From: Bacteriovoracaceae bacterium
GTDB taxonomy: Bacteria; Bdellovibrionota; Bacteriovoracia; Bacteriovoracales; Bacteriovoracaceae
Reading direction: 5' to 3'
Assembly (NCBI GenBank): GCA_048270185.1
Contig: JBLWTJ010000001.1
Coordinates: forward strand, 1,216,001 to 1,280,000
DNA length: 64,000 bases
Shown here: piece by piece, positions 29,227-39,168 of the stretch
How positions within the stretch are numbered: the stretch's first letter is position 1
Layout of the letters: every line of letters begins with the position of its first letter
Translations under genes and position numbers: made by a program
The notes under the pieces: generated by a model
What the model saw: the letters and a program-made list of their open reading frames with translations, nothing else
Database searches by the model: none
What the model was told of the DNA's origin: nothing

Positions 29227-30026
29227 TGAGTTTTGGTTCAGAAGTAAAACACTATCTTTCAGTTTACAAGAAGTTTGTTTCAACAAGTACGGCCGTGGCC
29301 ATGAGCTTTCGAACAAGTTTTGTTCTAATGGTTATCATGGATCTTTTATTCTTTGCTTCAGCCTATTTTACTGTCGATTTTATTTTTGATCACGTTGATA
29401 TGGTCATGGGATGGAAGAGAGAACAATTCATGCTCTTTCTCTCTTATATGCTTTTAATGGATGGCCTGCATATGATTATCTTTAGTCAAAATTTCTGGCG
29501 TTTTAGTGATGATCTAAAGTCAGGACAACTCGACTACACGATCCTAAGGCCACTAAGTTCAATCTTTAGTGTCTTCTTTCGACATGTGCGTCCTTCATCA
29601 ATTCCAACATTGATTCCGGCCATTGTTGTCTTTTGCTACTACGCCAATCTCAATGGATTTTATCTACTTCAATGGATCTTAATCATTCCACTACTATTCT
29701 TATCACTTGGGCTTATTGCACTAGTAGAATTTGTCATAAGTTGTGCCATGTTCTGGTTAGTTGAAGGTGTTGGAATTAACTTCTTTAGAATGCAGATGCA
29801 GCAACTTGCTCGCTGGCCTGATATTATTTACGGAACAGCAACCAAGAGATTCTTTACTTTCCTACTTCCAATTCTATTAGTTGGCTCTGCGCCGATTCAC
29901 TTTATTCTCGACTATAGTAAGTGGCACTATATTGTCATTATGATTGTAGCAGCAGTGGTTTTTAAAATTATTTTAGTATGGTTATGGGAAAGAGGACTAC
30001 AGGTCTATGACTCTGCGTCCTCTTAG
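29226..30026 (+). CDS. ABC-2 type permease
   Basis: GW, GQLDYTILRP, RWPDIIY, W.RGL.VYDSASS; TAATG coupling to the upstream gene. Confidence 0.85.
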   Translation: MSFGSEVKHYLSVYKKFVSTSTAVAMSFRTSFVLMVIMDLLFFASAYFTVDFIFDHVDMVMGWKREQFMLFLSYMLLMDGLHMIIFSQNFWRFSDDLKSGQLDYTILRPLSSIFSVFFRHVRPSSIPTLIPAIVVFCYYANLNGFYLLQWILIIPLLFLSLGLIALVEFVISCAMFWLVEGVGINFFRMQMQQLARWPDIIYGTATKRFFTFLLPILLVGSAPIHFILDYSKWHYIVIMIVAAVVFKIILVWLWERGLQVYDSASS

Positions 30027-30032
30027 TATTTT

Positions 30033-31640
30033 TTAGCTAGCAATTTTTAAATGACTACGGACATCGTCTTGGTCTTGCCCCTTAAAGACAAGCTCGATAT
30101 CACCTATTGATCGGTTCACAAAATTAACTTCACTTAATAGGTTTTCGGCAATACTTGAATTCCCTTTGGCAATTCCTGTATTTGACTTCGATGATAGATC
30201 AATTTCAGAGATTGATTTTTGAAGTTCCGTAATACCTTTTGATTGTTCAAGTGCAGCCGAAGTAATCTCTTCAATTGAATGACCAACGTTGGCAACACTG
30301 GCCACAATATCATCAAGGATTCCACCACATTCATTGGCCACATCTGAACCTGAAGTCACACTATTTCTAACTTTTTCGACAATGACTTTTAAGTTATTAT
30401 TCGATTCTTCAATAATATGATTAACTTCAGAAACACTTGTTCCAACCATTTCTGAAATTTCAACAGAAGCATTTCCACTCATCTGCGCTAATTTACCGAC
30501 TTCCTCTGCAACAACTGCAAAGCCTTTACCGGCCTCACCAGCTCGAGCGGCTTCAACAGATGCATTAAACGAGAGAAGCTTTGTTTGAAAAACAATGTCG
30601 TTAATAACTTGTGTTCTTTCTTCAATACGATTAATAAGTTCAACAATTTTTAACATCTTATCACTGTTATTATTAAACTCTGTTAGCATGAGATTAATAT
30701 CTTCATCAATTTCCCCCATCGAAGAAATCATTTTTTTCACAATACCCTTTCCAACACCAGCTTTCTCAAGACTGATACTAGCTAATTCATTCGAACTTTT
30801 CGCATTTTCCGCAGTCATACGCACCATCGAAGAAATTTCTTCAAGAGATGAAGAAGATTCCTGAAGGGATGAATCTTGTCTTTCAGATGAGCGAGTCAAT
30901 TCACTTGAAGAAGTAGCAATACTTTTTGCACTTTTAACAAGTTCATGTGAAGAATGAGTTAGCGAACTAATTGTTTCAAGAACCATATTAGATATTTTCG
31001 TTGCATATCTAACTCCTATCGTTAGGCCAAAGAGTGCTCCAATGACAGAAACAAGCCCAATGATAGTCAGAAGCTTATTTGAAGTATTCTTTACAATATG
31101 AGCAGAGCTTGCAACTTCATTTTCAATTTTAGCGACATAGAGATCTAATACACGCTGAAAATTGGCCGCAGCCTCTGGACAATCGACTAAGAATATTTCA
31201 TATAACTCATCATCGGCCTTCTTTGTCTTTAGTTGTGCAAGCTCAAGTGCTCTTGCCCCAACTTTTTTAAAGGCAATCCATTCTCGATGAAGATCTTTAA
31301 AGATCTTCTTCTCTTCTTCATTTGTAATAAGTTTTTCTAGATTTCTTTCTGCTTCTTCAAACTGATTAATCATCTTCTTTGTATTAGCAATTGCATCTTT
31401 CTTAGCAATATTATTAATACCCTGAAGGCCTAAAGTTCTGACCTCAATTCGAGTCTTTTGATAAGATACATTCATCTCATCTAAGTACATCTTTCTTGGA
31501 ATAATATCATTACTGAAGCTTTCAGACTGTGTTGCTAATTCAGAGACTCCAAATGTTGAGACTCCACCAATAATTGCGCTGACTAAAGTTAGAAATACAC
31601 AAAGAAAAATTAATTTTATTTTAAAATTCTTATTCTTCAT
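30033..31640 (-). CDS. Methyl-accepting chemotaxis protein
   Basis: Two TMs around a four-helix sensor; [30 protein letters not shown]. Confidence 0.95.
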   Translation of the reverse strand: MKNKNFKIKLIFLCVFLTLVSAIIGGVSTFGVSELATQSESFSNDIIPRKMYLDEMNVSYQKTRIEVRTLGLQGINNIAKKDAIANTKKMINQFEEAERNLEKLITNEEEKKIFKDLHREWIAFKKVGARALELAQLKTKKADDELYEIFLVDCPEAAANFQRVLDLYVAKIENEVASSAHIVKNTSNKLLTIIGLVSVIGALFGLTIGVRYATKISNMVLETISSLTHSSHELVKSAKSIATSSSELTRSSERQDSSLQESSSSLEEISSMVRMTAENAKSSNELASISLEKAGVGKGIVKKMISSMGEIDEDINLMLTEFNNNSDKMLKIVELINRIEERTQVINDIVFQTKLLSFNASVEAARAGEAGKGFAVVAEEVGKLAQMSGNASVEISEMVGTSVSEVNHIIEESNNNLKVIVEKVRNSVTSGSDVANECGGILDDIVASVANVGHSIEEITSAALEQSKGITELQKSISEIDLSSKSNTGIAKGNSSIAENLLSEVNFVNRSIGDIELVFKGQDQDDVRSHLKIAS

Positions 31641-31786
31641 TTATCCTCCATACACAAAGGACACATCGTCAGTAATTTTAAGAACTTAAGTTTACTAACT
31701 TAACTAAAACTATAGATAGAAAAATAAAAAAAATTGAAAATCAATGATTTTAGTAGTTTAGATTTTTAAATTTTTTGAAATTATCT

Positions 31787-32131
31787 TTAATGAGTTTCGA
31801 CCTTTTCACACGATCCCTTATGCTTGATTGTCACTTTCTCACAACGAGCATTACAAGCACTTCCATAAGTCTTTCCGTCGACTCCACAAACGGGCATCCA
31901 AATCATAGGACAGACACAGACTGACTTATCAAGACTTTCAGGTTTCTTAGGAGAAGTCTTCTCCACTTTTTGACATGGGCCCTTTTTAATATCTTCGAGC
32001 TTTTCATTTGCCGCTTGCGCCATACAGAGGTTTGAATATTGCTTTCCATTTGCGCATACTGGGCGATATTCTTTAGTACATATAAAAGCAAAACTACTTA
32101 GAGTGATTAAACATACAATAATAACTTTCAT
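31787..32131 (-). CDS. Secreted two-domain Kazal-type protease inhibitor
   Basis: Signal peptide; [20 protein letters not shown] and [24 protein letters not shown]. Confidence 0.85.
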   Translation of the reverse strand: MKVIIVCLITLSSFAFICTKEYRPVCANGKQYSNLCMAQAANEKLEDIKKGPCQKVEKTSPKKPESLDKSVCVCPMIWMPVCGVDGKTYGSACNARCEKVTIKHKGSCEKVETH

Positions 32132-32136
32132 ACGAC

Positions 32137-33015
32137 CTACTTTTTACGAAGCTTACACATATAGAGAGGACCAATCCCATCACGGTCCGGTAAGAATATT
32201 GTACCATACTCAGTTTTCTCACCAAAACCAAAAGTATTGAGATCTTGAACAAGCTCAACTTGATCGCCACGCTTCTTTAAAAGTTTAGTAATAACCTCAT
32301 CATTTTCAAGACTTGAGATTGAGCAAGTCGAATAGAGAACCTCTCCTGCGCTCTTTAAAGTAAGAATGGCCGAGCATAGAAGTGAGTGTTGCAGGGCCGC
32401 AAGATTCTTTGTTCTCTTCTTGGACCACATATTAAGGTACTTTGGATTATTGATTGTATGACGCTCACCTGAGCAAGGGGCATCAAGCAGAACAAAGTCA
32501 AATTCATCTTTTAAGTTAAGGCCATATTTGTTGCCATCAAAGCCACGGATATCAATATTCTCTCGCTTATCTTCGGGAACATACTCCGAAACCACTCTTC
32601 TTAGTCGTTCTTTGCGATTACGTGATAGTTCATTTAAAACTAATTGCCCTTCCCCTTTCATCTCTTCAAAGAGAATGAGGCTCTTTCCACCGGGGGCCGC
32701 ACACATATCTAAAACTTTTGATCCAGGAGTTGGCCTTAGATTACGGGCCACGATAACACTTGCAGCATCCATATAGTAGTGTGACTTAATACCTGCAACT
32801 TCTGATAAATTGGCCTGCTTGAAAACACCTTCAATTATTTCATCACAATGATCGACTTCACCTTGAAACCAGATATTATGGCGAAAGGCCTTCTCTTCTT
32901 CGGCCGTAAATGATTCTTTTAGAGTGATCCAACGATCCCCCCACATATCAGAGTAAAAATTTTCAAAGCCTTGTGGCCCTTTTGTCGATGCACCTTGGTT
33001 TTTCATACGCGTCAT
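32137..33015 (-). CDS. RsmB/RsmF/NOP2 family RNA m5C methyltransferase
   Basis: [30 protein letters not shown]. Confidence 0.9.
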   Translation of the reverse strand: MTRMKNQGASTKGPQGFENFYSDMWGDRWITLKESFTAEEEKAFRHNIWFQGEVDHCDEIIEGVFKQANLSEVAGIKSHYYMDAASVIVARNLRPTPGSKVLDMCAAPGGKSLILFEEMKGEGQLVLNELSRNRKERLRRVVSEYVPEDKRENIDIRGFDGNKYGLNLKDEFDFVLLDAPCSGERHTINNPKYLNMWSKKRTKNLAALQHSLLCSAILTLKSAGEVLYSTCSISSLENDEVITKLLKKRGDQVELVQDLNTFGFGEKTEYGTIFLPDRDGIGPLYMCKLRKK

Positions 33016-33055
33016 GTTACTAAATGTGCCTAAGAAAATCGAGAAAAAGGATAGG

Positions 33056-33418
33056 ATGATGGAAGAATTTATTGATCAAATTATCAAAAACTTAAGTGCT
33101 AATGGATTCCCACAAAAGAAGGTCTCACTTCCAACTGAGAAGATGTATGAAGTAGCTGACGCCAAGGGGTTAAGTCTCAATAAAGTTCTTGATGAACTTC
33201 GTGACAAGAAGATGATTGGTAGTGAAATTGGCCCTGATAAGATTATCTTTTCAATGGAAAAATTTGAGTCACAGGACGATATGTATGCCAAGGCCCAAGA
33301 GATGATGTCTCAGATGTCACCAGAAGAGCTACAGAAAATGCAAGAGATGGTCCAAAATATGTCTCCAGAGCAAAGAGAACAGATGATGGAGCAAGCAAAG
33401 AAAATGGGGATGATCTAA
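33056..33418 (+). CDS. Hypothetical protein with Met/Gln-rich MSPE repeats
   Basis: ATG at 33056 after AAGGA; C-terminus QEMMSQMSPEELQKMQEMVQNMSPEQREQMM. Confidence 0.7.
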   Translation: MMEEFIDQIIKNLSANGFPQKKVSLPTEKMYEVADAKGLSLNKVLDELRDKKMIGSEIGPDKIIFSMEKFESQDDMYAKAQEMMSQMSPEELQKMQEMVQNMSPEQREQMMEQAKKMGMI

Positions 33419-34479
33419 TAAAGAGTATTTTCTCAACTACATTCTCTGAATTAGAAGACTTTGTCTTAGAGCATGGATTTGCAAAGATTCATGCTCACAC
33501 AATCTTCACACAGCTCTATAAGTATCAAGTTAAAAGCTTTGAAGAAATTCCAACTCTGCCAAAAGAATTGTATAAGAAACTCCAAGAGTCATTTAATTTT
33601 GATCAATTAGAGATTGCAACTATTCAAGAATCGATTGATGACAAGACCATCAAGCTTCTCTTTAAGCTTGCAGATGGTAAAACCGTTGAGACAGTTTGTG
33701 TTCCATTTGAAAAGAAGTATACACTCTGCCTTTCTTCACAAGTTGGCTGCGCCATGAAGTGCTCTTTTTGCTTTACTGGAACGCAAGGTTTAACAAGATC
33801 ACTATCAAGTGAAGAAATTATTCTCCAATATGTTCAAGCTTATCGTTTCATTAAAGAGAAATTTGATGGACATCAAGCGGTCCCTAATATCGTCTTTATG
33901 GGACAAGGAGAGCCTCTCCACAATATCGACAATGTCGCCCACGCTATTGATATATTAAAGACAAACGAAGGAATGGGACTAGGGCCCAGACAGATTACTC
34001 TTTCAACGGCCGGCTACCTTCCAGGACTTAAGAGATTTAAAGAGCTAGGAAATATTAACTTTGCCCTAAGCTTCCACTCTCCCTTTGATAGTGAGAGAAA
34101 CCAGTTAATTCCACTTAATAAGGCCTACCCATTAAAAGATCTAATTAAAGAATTAAAAGAGCTTAAACTCTTAAAACGACAATACCTAACATTTGAGTAC
34201 TTAGTAATTCGCGACTTTAATCATAGTCCGGCACACCTAGAAGAAATTGGAAAGTTATTAAAGGACATGCCTGTTATCTTTAATCTTATTCCTTTTAATG
34301 AGTTTCCTGGTGCAATCTATAAGCGTCCTGAACTTTCTGACGTCATTGAATTCAAGCAAGGTCTAATTAATCTAGGCTTTCATACAAAGATTCGCACAAC
34401 TAAAGGCGATGATATTTTGGCGGCCTGTGGCCAACTGACTTCTAAAACTACTTCAGAAAACGAGAGGCCATCTCTTTAG
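33418..34479 (+). CDS. rlmN: RlmN-family radical SAM RNA methyltransferase (paralogue 1; probable ATA start)
   Basis: LSSQVGCAMKCSFC, MGQGEP, AACGQL; the frame stays open and RlmN-like for 50 codons upstream of the listed TTG (33568). Confidence 0.85.
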   Translation: MKSIFSTTFSELEDFVLEHGFAKIHAHTIFTQLYKYQVKSFEEIPTLPKELYKKLQESFNFDQLEIATIQESIDDKTIKLLFKLADGKTVETVCVPFEKKYTLCLSSQVGCAMKCSFCFTGTQGLTRSLSSEEIILQYVQAYRFIKEKFDGHQAVPNIVFMGQGEPLHNIDNVAHAIDILKTNEGMGLGPRQITLSTAGYLPGLKRFKELGNINFALSFHSPFDSERNQLIPLNKAYPLKDLIKELKELKLLKRQYLTFEYLVIRDFNHSPAHLEEIGKLLKDMPVIFNLIPFNEFPGAIYKRPELSDVIEFKQGLINLGFHTKIRTTKGDDILAACGQLTSKTTSENERPSL

Positions 34480-34837
34480 AAGGCAGAGGACAAGTCTCTA
34501 GCTCCTTGCCTATTCGATAACGATTCTTAGAAACAACTGAATAAAGCCCATCTCGAATGAACTTTGGAATAATTTTAAAGACCTTAAAGAATCCGTATCC
34601 CATACAATCCATCACCTCGATGACAGCATCAGACTTAGTTGAAATTTGACCACTGCGATAGAAAACTACAGTTGAGAGATTCTTAACAAAATCTTGTTGG
34701 AGATAATTTAGGGCCTTATCATCCTGTAGATGACAGAAATAAACGCGCTTCTTACGATCAATTCGATAAATGGTGTTGACGAGGCCATTACAAATCAAGC
34801 ACTTACCGTCTAAGAAGATGATATTCATACTCTCCAT
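34448..34837 (-). CDS. DCC/DUF393 family thiol-disulfide oxidoreductase
   Basis: FLDGKCLICNG, KSDAV, IPKFIRD.LY..V..NRY. Confidence 0.85.
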   Translation of the reverse strand: MESMNIIFLDGKCLICNGLVNTIYRIDRKKRVYFCHLQDDKALNYLQQDFVKNLSTVVFYRSGQISTKSDAVIEVMDCMGYGFFKVFKIIPKFIRDGLYSVVSKNRYRIGKELETCPLPSKEMASRFLK

Positions 34838-34943
34838 TCTACACCAAATTTTGACTTGTAAATATTATATTGGGATACATAGTTCATATTTATTATGTTA
34901 GATTTGGCCAACTTATAATGAGATTTTTTGAGAGAGCAATTTT

Positions 34944-36191
34944 ATGAAGAACCTTCTATTCCTTGGACTTTTATCAACATCCTTACTAACTATCACATCA
35001 TGTGGAGACCGTTCGAAACTATATGAAAATATGGGACCAACAGTTAATACACAGGGGCTTTCAGCATCTGACATCGGAAAAAAACTAGCAAATACAAATT
35101 ATGTATGTGATCGCTTTTCTAAAGATGGATGTATGAACGAAGTACTTCTTATGGGAAAACTTAATAAAGGCAAGCTTCAAACTTGTGCTGCTTTCTTTGT
35201 TGGTGACAATACAATTGCAACAGCTTCAAAGTGTTTACCAAGAAAAGGAAATGATGAAACAAATGAACAGTGGCTTGAAAATTCTTGTGCTGCTATTGCT
35301 TTTAAAGATTTAAAAGGTTTCACATATACTTGTAACGAAATCAGTATCCAGTCTCACTCAAATATCGCTCTTATCACTTCTAGACAATCATCTAAAGTTG
35401 GATTCCTTGAAGTTTCAACAGAAGGTGTAACATTTGGCTCTAAGAATAAAACGATTGAACTTAGCTCTTTTAGAAAGGGTGATGTAACAAATTACACTCA
35501 AATTGAAGGACGCTATACGAAAGAGAAGAAATTTTGTGATGGTCTAAAAGATTCACTTATCACAACTCTTAGTGAGAGTGCAGGCTCAAAGAACTTCTTC
35601 TTTAAAAACTGTGCCAATAGCTGGAACTCAACAGGTTCTCCAGTAATCAATAACGGAAAGGTAGCTGCCCTACTTTTTACAGGAGTTGATGGAAACTCTG
35701 ACTTTGGTTCTGAAATTAGTGATCGCTCAGGTGTTTCAATTGCAGAAAACTTAGCATGTCAAACAGCGCTAAACTCTTCAACTCCTACTGATTGTGATCT
35801 TCACCACAATGGTCACAAGAGAGCACAACTAGCGAATAAAGTTGCTACAATTGTATCTTCTACTCTTAAAGCGGATCATAATATAACGATCTTTAGAAAA
35901 GACTCAAAGCTACTTCTTCTTGAAACACCAGCTCTTAAGTCTTGCTATACTGAAGGTGAAGTTGGATCAATGGATGTATGTAAGGTTTCTTACTCAATAA
36001 AAGACAAGTATACTGGTACTTATGATACAACAAAGTTTGAAATCAAATGTGAAGATACTGATAAAGTAAAAGTAAATTGGAAATTTGTTAAAACTGACTC
36101 AAAGAATATTCTAGTTCAAACACTGGATGACTACACTCTAAGTGGTTACCACACTGATTCAGAATTCTCTGAAGTTTCAGAATGCTTATAA
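34944..36191 (+). CDS. Cys-rich lipoprotein with degenerate trypsin-like domain
   Basis: Lipobox ITSC; CAAFFVG..TIATASKC, NIALI, NSTGSPV resemble trypsin motifs with the catalytic residues changed. Confidence 0.55.
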   Translation: MKNLLFLGLLSTSLLTITSCGDRSKLYENMGPTVNTQGLSASDIGKKLANTNYVCDRFSKDGCMNEVLLMGKLNKGKLQTCAAFFVGDNTIATASKCLPRKGNDETNEQWLENSCAAIAFKDLKGFTYTCNEISIQSHSNIALITSRQSSKVGFLEVSTEGVTFGSKNKTIELSSFRKGDVTNYTQIEGRYTKEKKFCDGLKDSLITTLSESAGSKNFFFKNCANSWNSTGSPVINNGKVAALLFTGVDGNSDFGSEISDRSGVSIAENLACQTALNSSTPTDCDLHHNGHKRAQLANKVATIVSSTLKADHNITIFRKDSKLLLLETPALKSCYTEGEVGSMDVCKVSYSIKDKYTGTYDTTKFEIKCEDTDKVKVNWKFVKTDSKNILVQTLDDYTLSGYHTDSEFSEVSECL

Positions 36192-36220
36192 GAAAAGATT
36201 TATATTTATAAGATAAGAAG

Positions 36221-36250
36221 AAGGCCACAATAATAGTGGCCTTTTTTATT
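36221..36250 (+). terminator. Intrinsic terminator
   Basis: AAGGCCAC-loop-GTGGCCTT followed by a T-tract. Confidence 0.75.
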
Positions 36251-36252
36251 TA

Positions 36253-37035
36253 CTAGTATTCACCAAGAGTCTTTTGAAAAAATACTCTCATTAACTCCCA
36301 AGACTGCTTATCGGCTTTTTCATTATAGGCCAGTGGAAGATTAAATTTCTTCCCCTTCTGTGTTGCTTCAGGGTTTGTGAAAGCATGAGTTGCCCCCGGA
36401 AGATTAACAAACTCCATTGAGAGTTTTGAGCGGCGAATCGCTGTTTTGAAACTTGTGATATCGGCCTTTGTCACTAATGGATCATCGGCACCATTAATAA
36501 CAAGAAGCTTTGCCTTTGAATCTTTTGTTACAGACTTGATGCCAGAGAGTGATCCGTGAAAAGAAACGACACCTTTTAAGTCTGCTCCTTGAGTTGCATT
36601 AAAGAGAACCACGGCCCCACCAAAGCAATACCCTATGGCCGCAATGCGATTTGGATCAACACTTGGCTGTGCTTTTAAAATCTCAACCGCTTTATTAAAT
36701 TTTTCTTTTAAAAGTTTTGGATTGCTAAAAGCTTCTTTTGAAAACATCATGGCATCTTTTGGGTGCTCAGCTTGTTTTCCGTCCCCATACATATCAAGAG
36801 CGATGGCATTGTAACCAAGATCAGCAAGTTGCTTTGCTCGATTTCTTGCGTAATCATTATGCCCCCACCATTCGTGGACAACTACGATCCCAGGGCGTTT
36901 ATCGTCTTCTGAGCCGTTTAGTGCAAGGTAGCCCTTAAACTCCTGTTCACCAACTTTATAGTCAATCTTCTTGGTTGAGACAGATGAACAACTAACAAAG
37001 AATCCAGCAAGTAAAATTGATAGAAATATACGCAT
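36253..37035 (-). CDS. Dienelactone hydrolase family lipoprotein
   Basis: VHEWWG, GYCFGG, SFHG, HAF; start at ATG 37035 after AGGAGG; lipobox VSC. Confidence 0.9.
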   Translation of the reverse strand: MRIFLSILLAGFFVSCSSVSTKKIDYKVGEQEFKGYLALNGSEDDKRPGIVVVHEWWGHNDYARNRAKQLADLGYNAIALDMYGDGKQAEHPKDAMMFSKEAFSNPKLLKEKFNKAVEILKAQPSVDPNRIAAIGYCFGGAVVLFNATQGADLKGVVSFHGSLSGIKSVTKDSKAKLLVINGADDPLVTKADITSFKTAIRRSKLSMEFVNLPGATHAFTNPEATQKGKKFNLPLAYNEKADKQSWELMRVFFQKTLGEY

Positions 37036-37085
37036 TTTTCCTCCTAAATATTGACGTGCCCCATGCATTCCGATAATTATGCATT

Positions 37086-38129
37086 ATGACAAAACAGAGC
37101 CTATATAATTTAACTTTAGAAAGTTTCCCACAAGATGAAGCAAAAATCATTGGTAAATGGGTCTATAAAAAGTTAAATCTTGATCCCGATACATGGGAAC
37201 ATGCGCCAAGAGTTATTCGAGAGGCGATCAAAGGCTATGATCTCGATCTTCAAAAAGTTCTTTGGCAAGGTCTTTCAAAAGATGGGACTCGAAAATTCCT
37301 ATTAGGGCTTCACGATAAGAACTCGATTGAATCTGTTCTTATTGAAAGTGAAAATGATAAGAGGCTGCGTTCGACTCTGTGTATCTCGTCACAAGTTGGT
37401 TGTGCCATCGGTTGTACTTTCTGCCACACGGCCACACAGGGCCTAACAAGACACCTCACAACAGCAGAAATTGTCGGCCAGTACCTAACTGTCACAAAGT
37501 GGATGCGTGAGAATGTAAATCCAAATTATCAAATTTCAAATATTGTCTTTATGGGACAGGGAGAACCTCTTCACAACTTTGAAAATGTTAAGAAGGCCTG
37601 CTATCTTCTAACGGATCCCCTTGGGATTGCTCTAAGCAAACATAAAGTCACAATTTCGACCTCAGGACTTGTGCCAAAGATTAAGCAATGGGAAGAGCTG
37701 CCAGATGTGAATGTTGCCATCTCTCTTCACGCTATAAGAAATAATCTAAGATCTGAACTTATGCCAATTAATAAGCGCTACCAAGTTGATGATCTACTTG
37801 AGGCCTTGCGCTCAATTCCCGTTAAAAATTCACGTCGTATCATGTATGAGTACCTGCTCATTAAGGACTTGAATGATACTCAAGAAGATATCGATGGATT
37901 AATTGAAAACCTTCCAAAGAAGGAATCAAAGATCAATATCATTCCGTTTAATGAATATCCTGAGAGTAAATTCAAAAGACCAACAGATGAACATATTGAG
38001 TGGTTTCAAAGATCTCTACAAGCAGCAGGATTGACTTGTACAGTGAGAGAGACAAAGGGTGATGATATCCTAGCGGCATGTGGCCAGCTAAAAACTCAGT
38101 ACGAGAAATTAAATCTTCCAACAAATTAG
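37086..38129 (+). CDS. rlmN: RlmN-family radical SAM RNA methyltransferase (paralogue 2)
   Basis: DGTRK, CISSQVGCAIGCTFC, MGQGEP, SLHA, EY, AACGQL. Confidence 0.9.
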   Translation: MTKQSLYNLTLESFPQDEAKIIGKWVYKKLNLDPDTWEHAPRVIREAIKGYDLDLQKVLWQGLSKDGTRKFLLGLHDKNSIESVLIESENDKRLRSTLCISSQVGCAIGCTFCHTATQGLTRHLTTAEIVGQYLTVTKWMRENVNPNYQISNIVFMGQGEPLHNFENVKKACYLLTDPLGIALSKHKVTISTSGLVPKIKQWEELPDVNVAISLHAIRNNLRSELMPINKRYQVDDLLEALRSIPVKNSRRIMYEYLLIKDLNDTQEDIDGLIENLPKKESKINIIPFNEYPESKFKRPTDEHIEWFQRSLQAAGLTCTVRETKGDDILAACGQLKTQYEKLNLPTN

Positions 38130-38166
38130 AATCTTGTACTTTTTATCATTCCTGAAGATAAGTTAT

Positions 38167-39168
38167 CTACTTAATTAATTCAGCAATCAATTGCTTATAC
38201 TTTAGGCCAGCAAGACTTGCGGCCATGGCAAATTCATCTTTTGTGGCAATATTAGGGTTAGGGTTGGCCTCGATAATATGGGGCATACCTTCTTCATCAA
38301 CCCTTAGGTCAATGCGAGCATAGCCTGATAACTCTAACGTCTTATAAGCTCTCTTACAGATTTTAATAATACGATCACTGAGATCCTTATCTAATTTTGC
38401 TTTTTCAGTTTCGATGCCTTTATTCTCACGAAACTTCTTACTCCACTTTGCTTTCTCACTATAGAGTTTTGCTTCTGGATTCTTAATATTATTAAATTTA
38501 AGCTCTAGTGCAGGCAATACTTTAAGTCTTTTTTGACCTAGGACACCGACAAAGAACTCTCGTCCTTCCACAAACTCTTCCACAATAACATCTTCATTGT
38601 ATTTATCCATCAAGTACTGGATGCGTTCTATGGCCTTCTCTTCAGTTTTAACAACAGAAGCTCCACTTATTCCAAGGGAAGCATCTTGATAGAGACACTT
38701 TACAATAAGGGGATACTTTAATTTCTTCGAAATCTTAGTCTTTGAGCGCGATTTAAAGACTTGGAAGCCAGGAGTCCTAATACGGTGGTAACTCATAAGC
38801 TTTTTAGCTAAGGCCTTATCTCTGGCCAGCATTAATCCTCGAGGATTACAGCCTGTATATTTAACCTTTAAAAGCTCTAGGTAAGAGACGACATTTTGAT
38901 CAAGTAAGACCTTGCCATCAAACTCTTCAAGGAGGTTAAAAATAATATGCGGCTTAAACTCATCAATGGCAGAGCGCAGAACCATTAGATCCGAATAGAC
39001 ACCAACAACTCTTACCTCATGCCCGAGGTCTTTTAGTGCTTCGATAACATTATATTCTGTAATCCAAGGCCGATACTCAAATTCTTCTGAATTAATTTCT
39101 TCTTTAGTTAAATTATCTGGTGGGATTAAATCGATATGAACAAGAACTAAAACTCTTTTTTTGGTCAC
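38167..39168 (-). CDS. D-Ala-D-Ala-ligase-like ATP-grasp enzyme
   Basis: YTGC..LARDKALAK, YPLIVK, ASLGI, EEFVEGRE, GYARIDLR, IEANPNP; lacks the Ddl N-terminal GGxSxE motif. Confidence 0.85.
   Translation of the reverse strand: MTKKRVLVLVHIDLIPPDNLTKEEINSEEFEYRPWITEYNVIEALKDLGHEVRVVGVYSDLMVLRSAIDEFKPHIIFNLLEEFDGKVLLDQNVVSYLELLKVKYTGCNPRGLMLARDKALAKKLMSYHRIRTPGFQVFKSRSKTKISKKLKYPLIVKCLYQDASLGISGASVVKTEEKAIERIQYLMDKYNEDVIVEEFVEGREFFVGVLGQKRLKVLPALELKFNNIKNPEAKLYSEKAKWSKKFRENKGIETEKAKLDKDLSDRIIKICKRAYKTLELSGYARIDLRVDEEGMPHIIEANPNPNIATKDEFAMAASLAGLKYKQLIAELIK

Noticed and set aside
33418..38129. Calling one RlmN paralogue a Cfr resistance enzyme
   Set aside because: The visible motifs do not separate Cfr from RlmN; phylogeny is needed, and there is no mobile-element context.
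38167..39168. VanA-type glycopeptide resistance ligase
   Set aside because: No VanH, VanX or VanRS neighbours; the partner is a zincin-type protein, not a D,D-dipeptidase.
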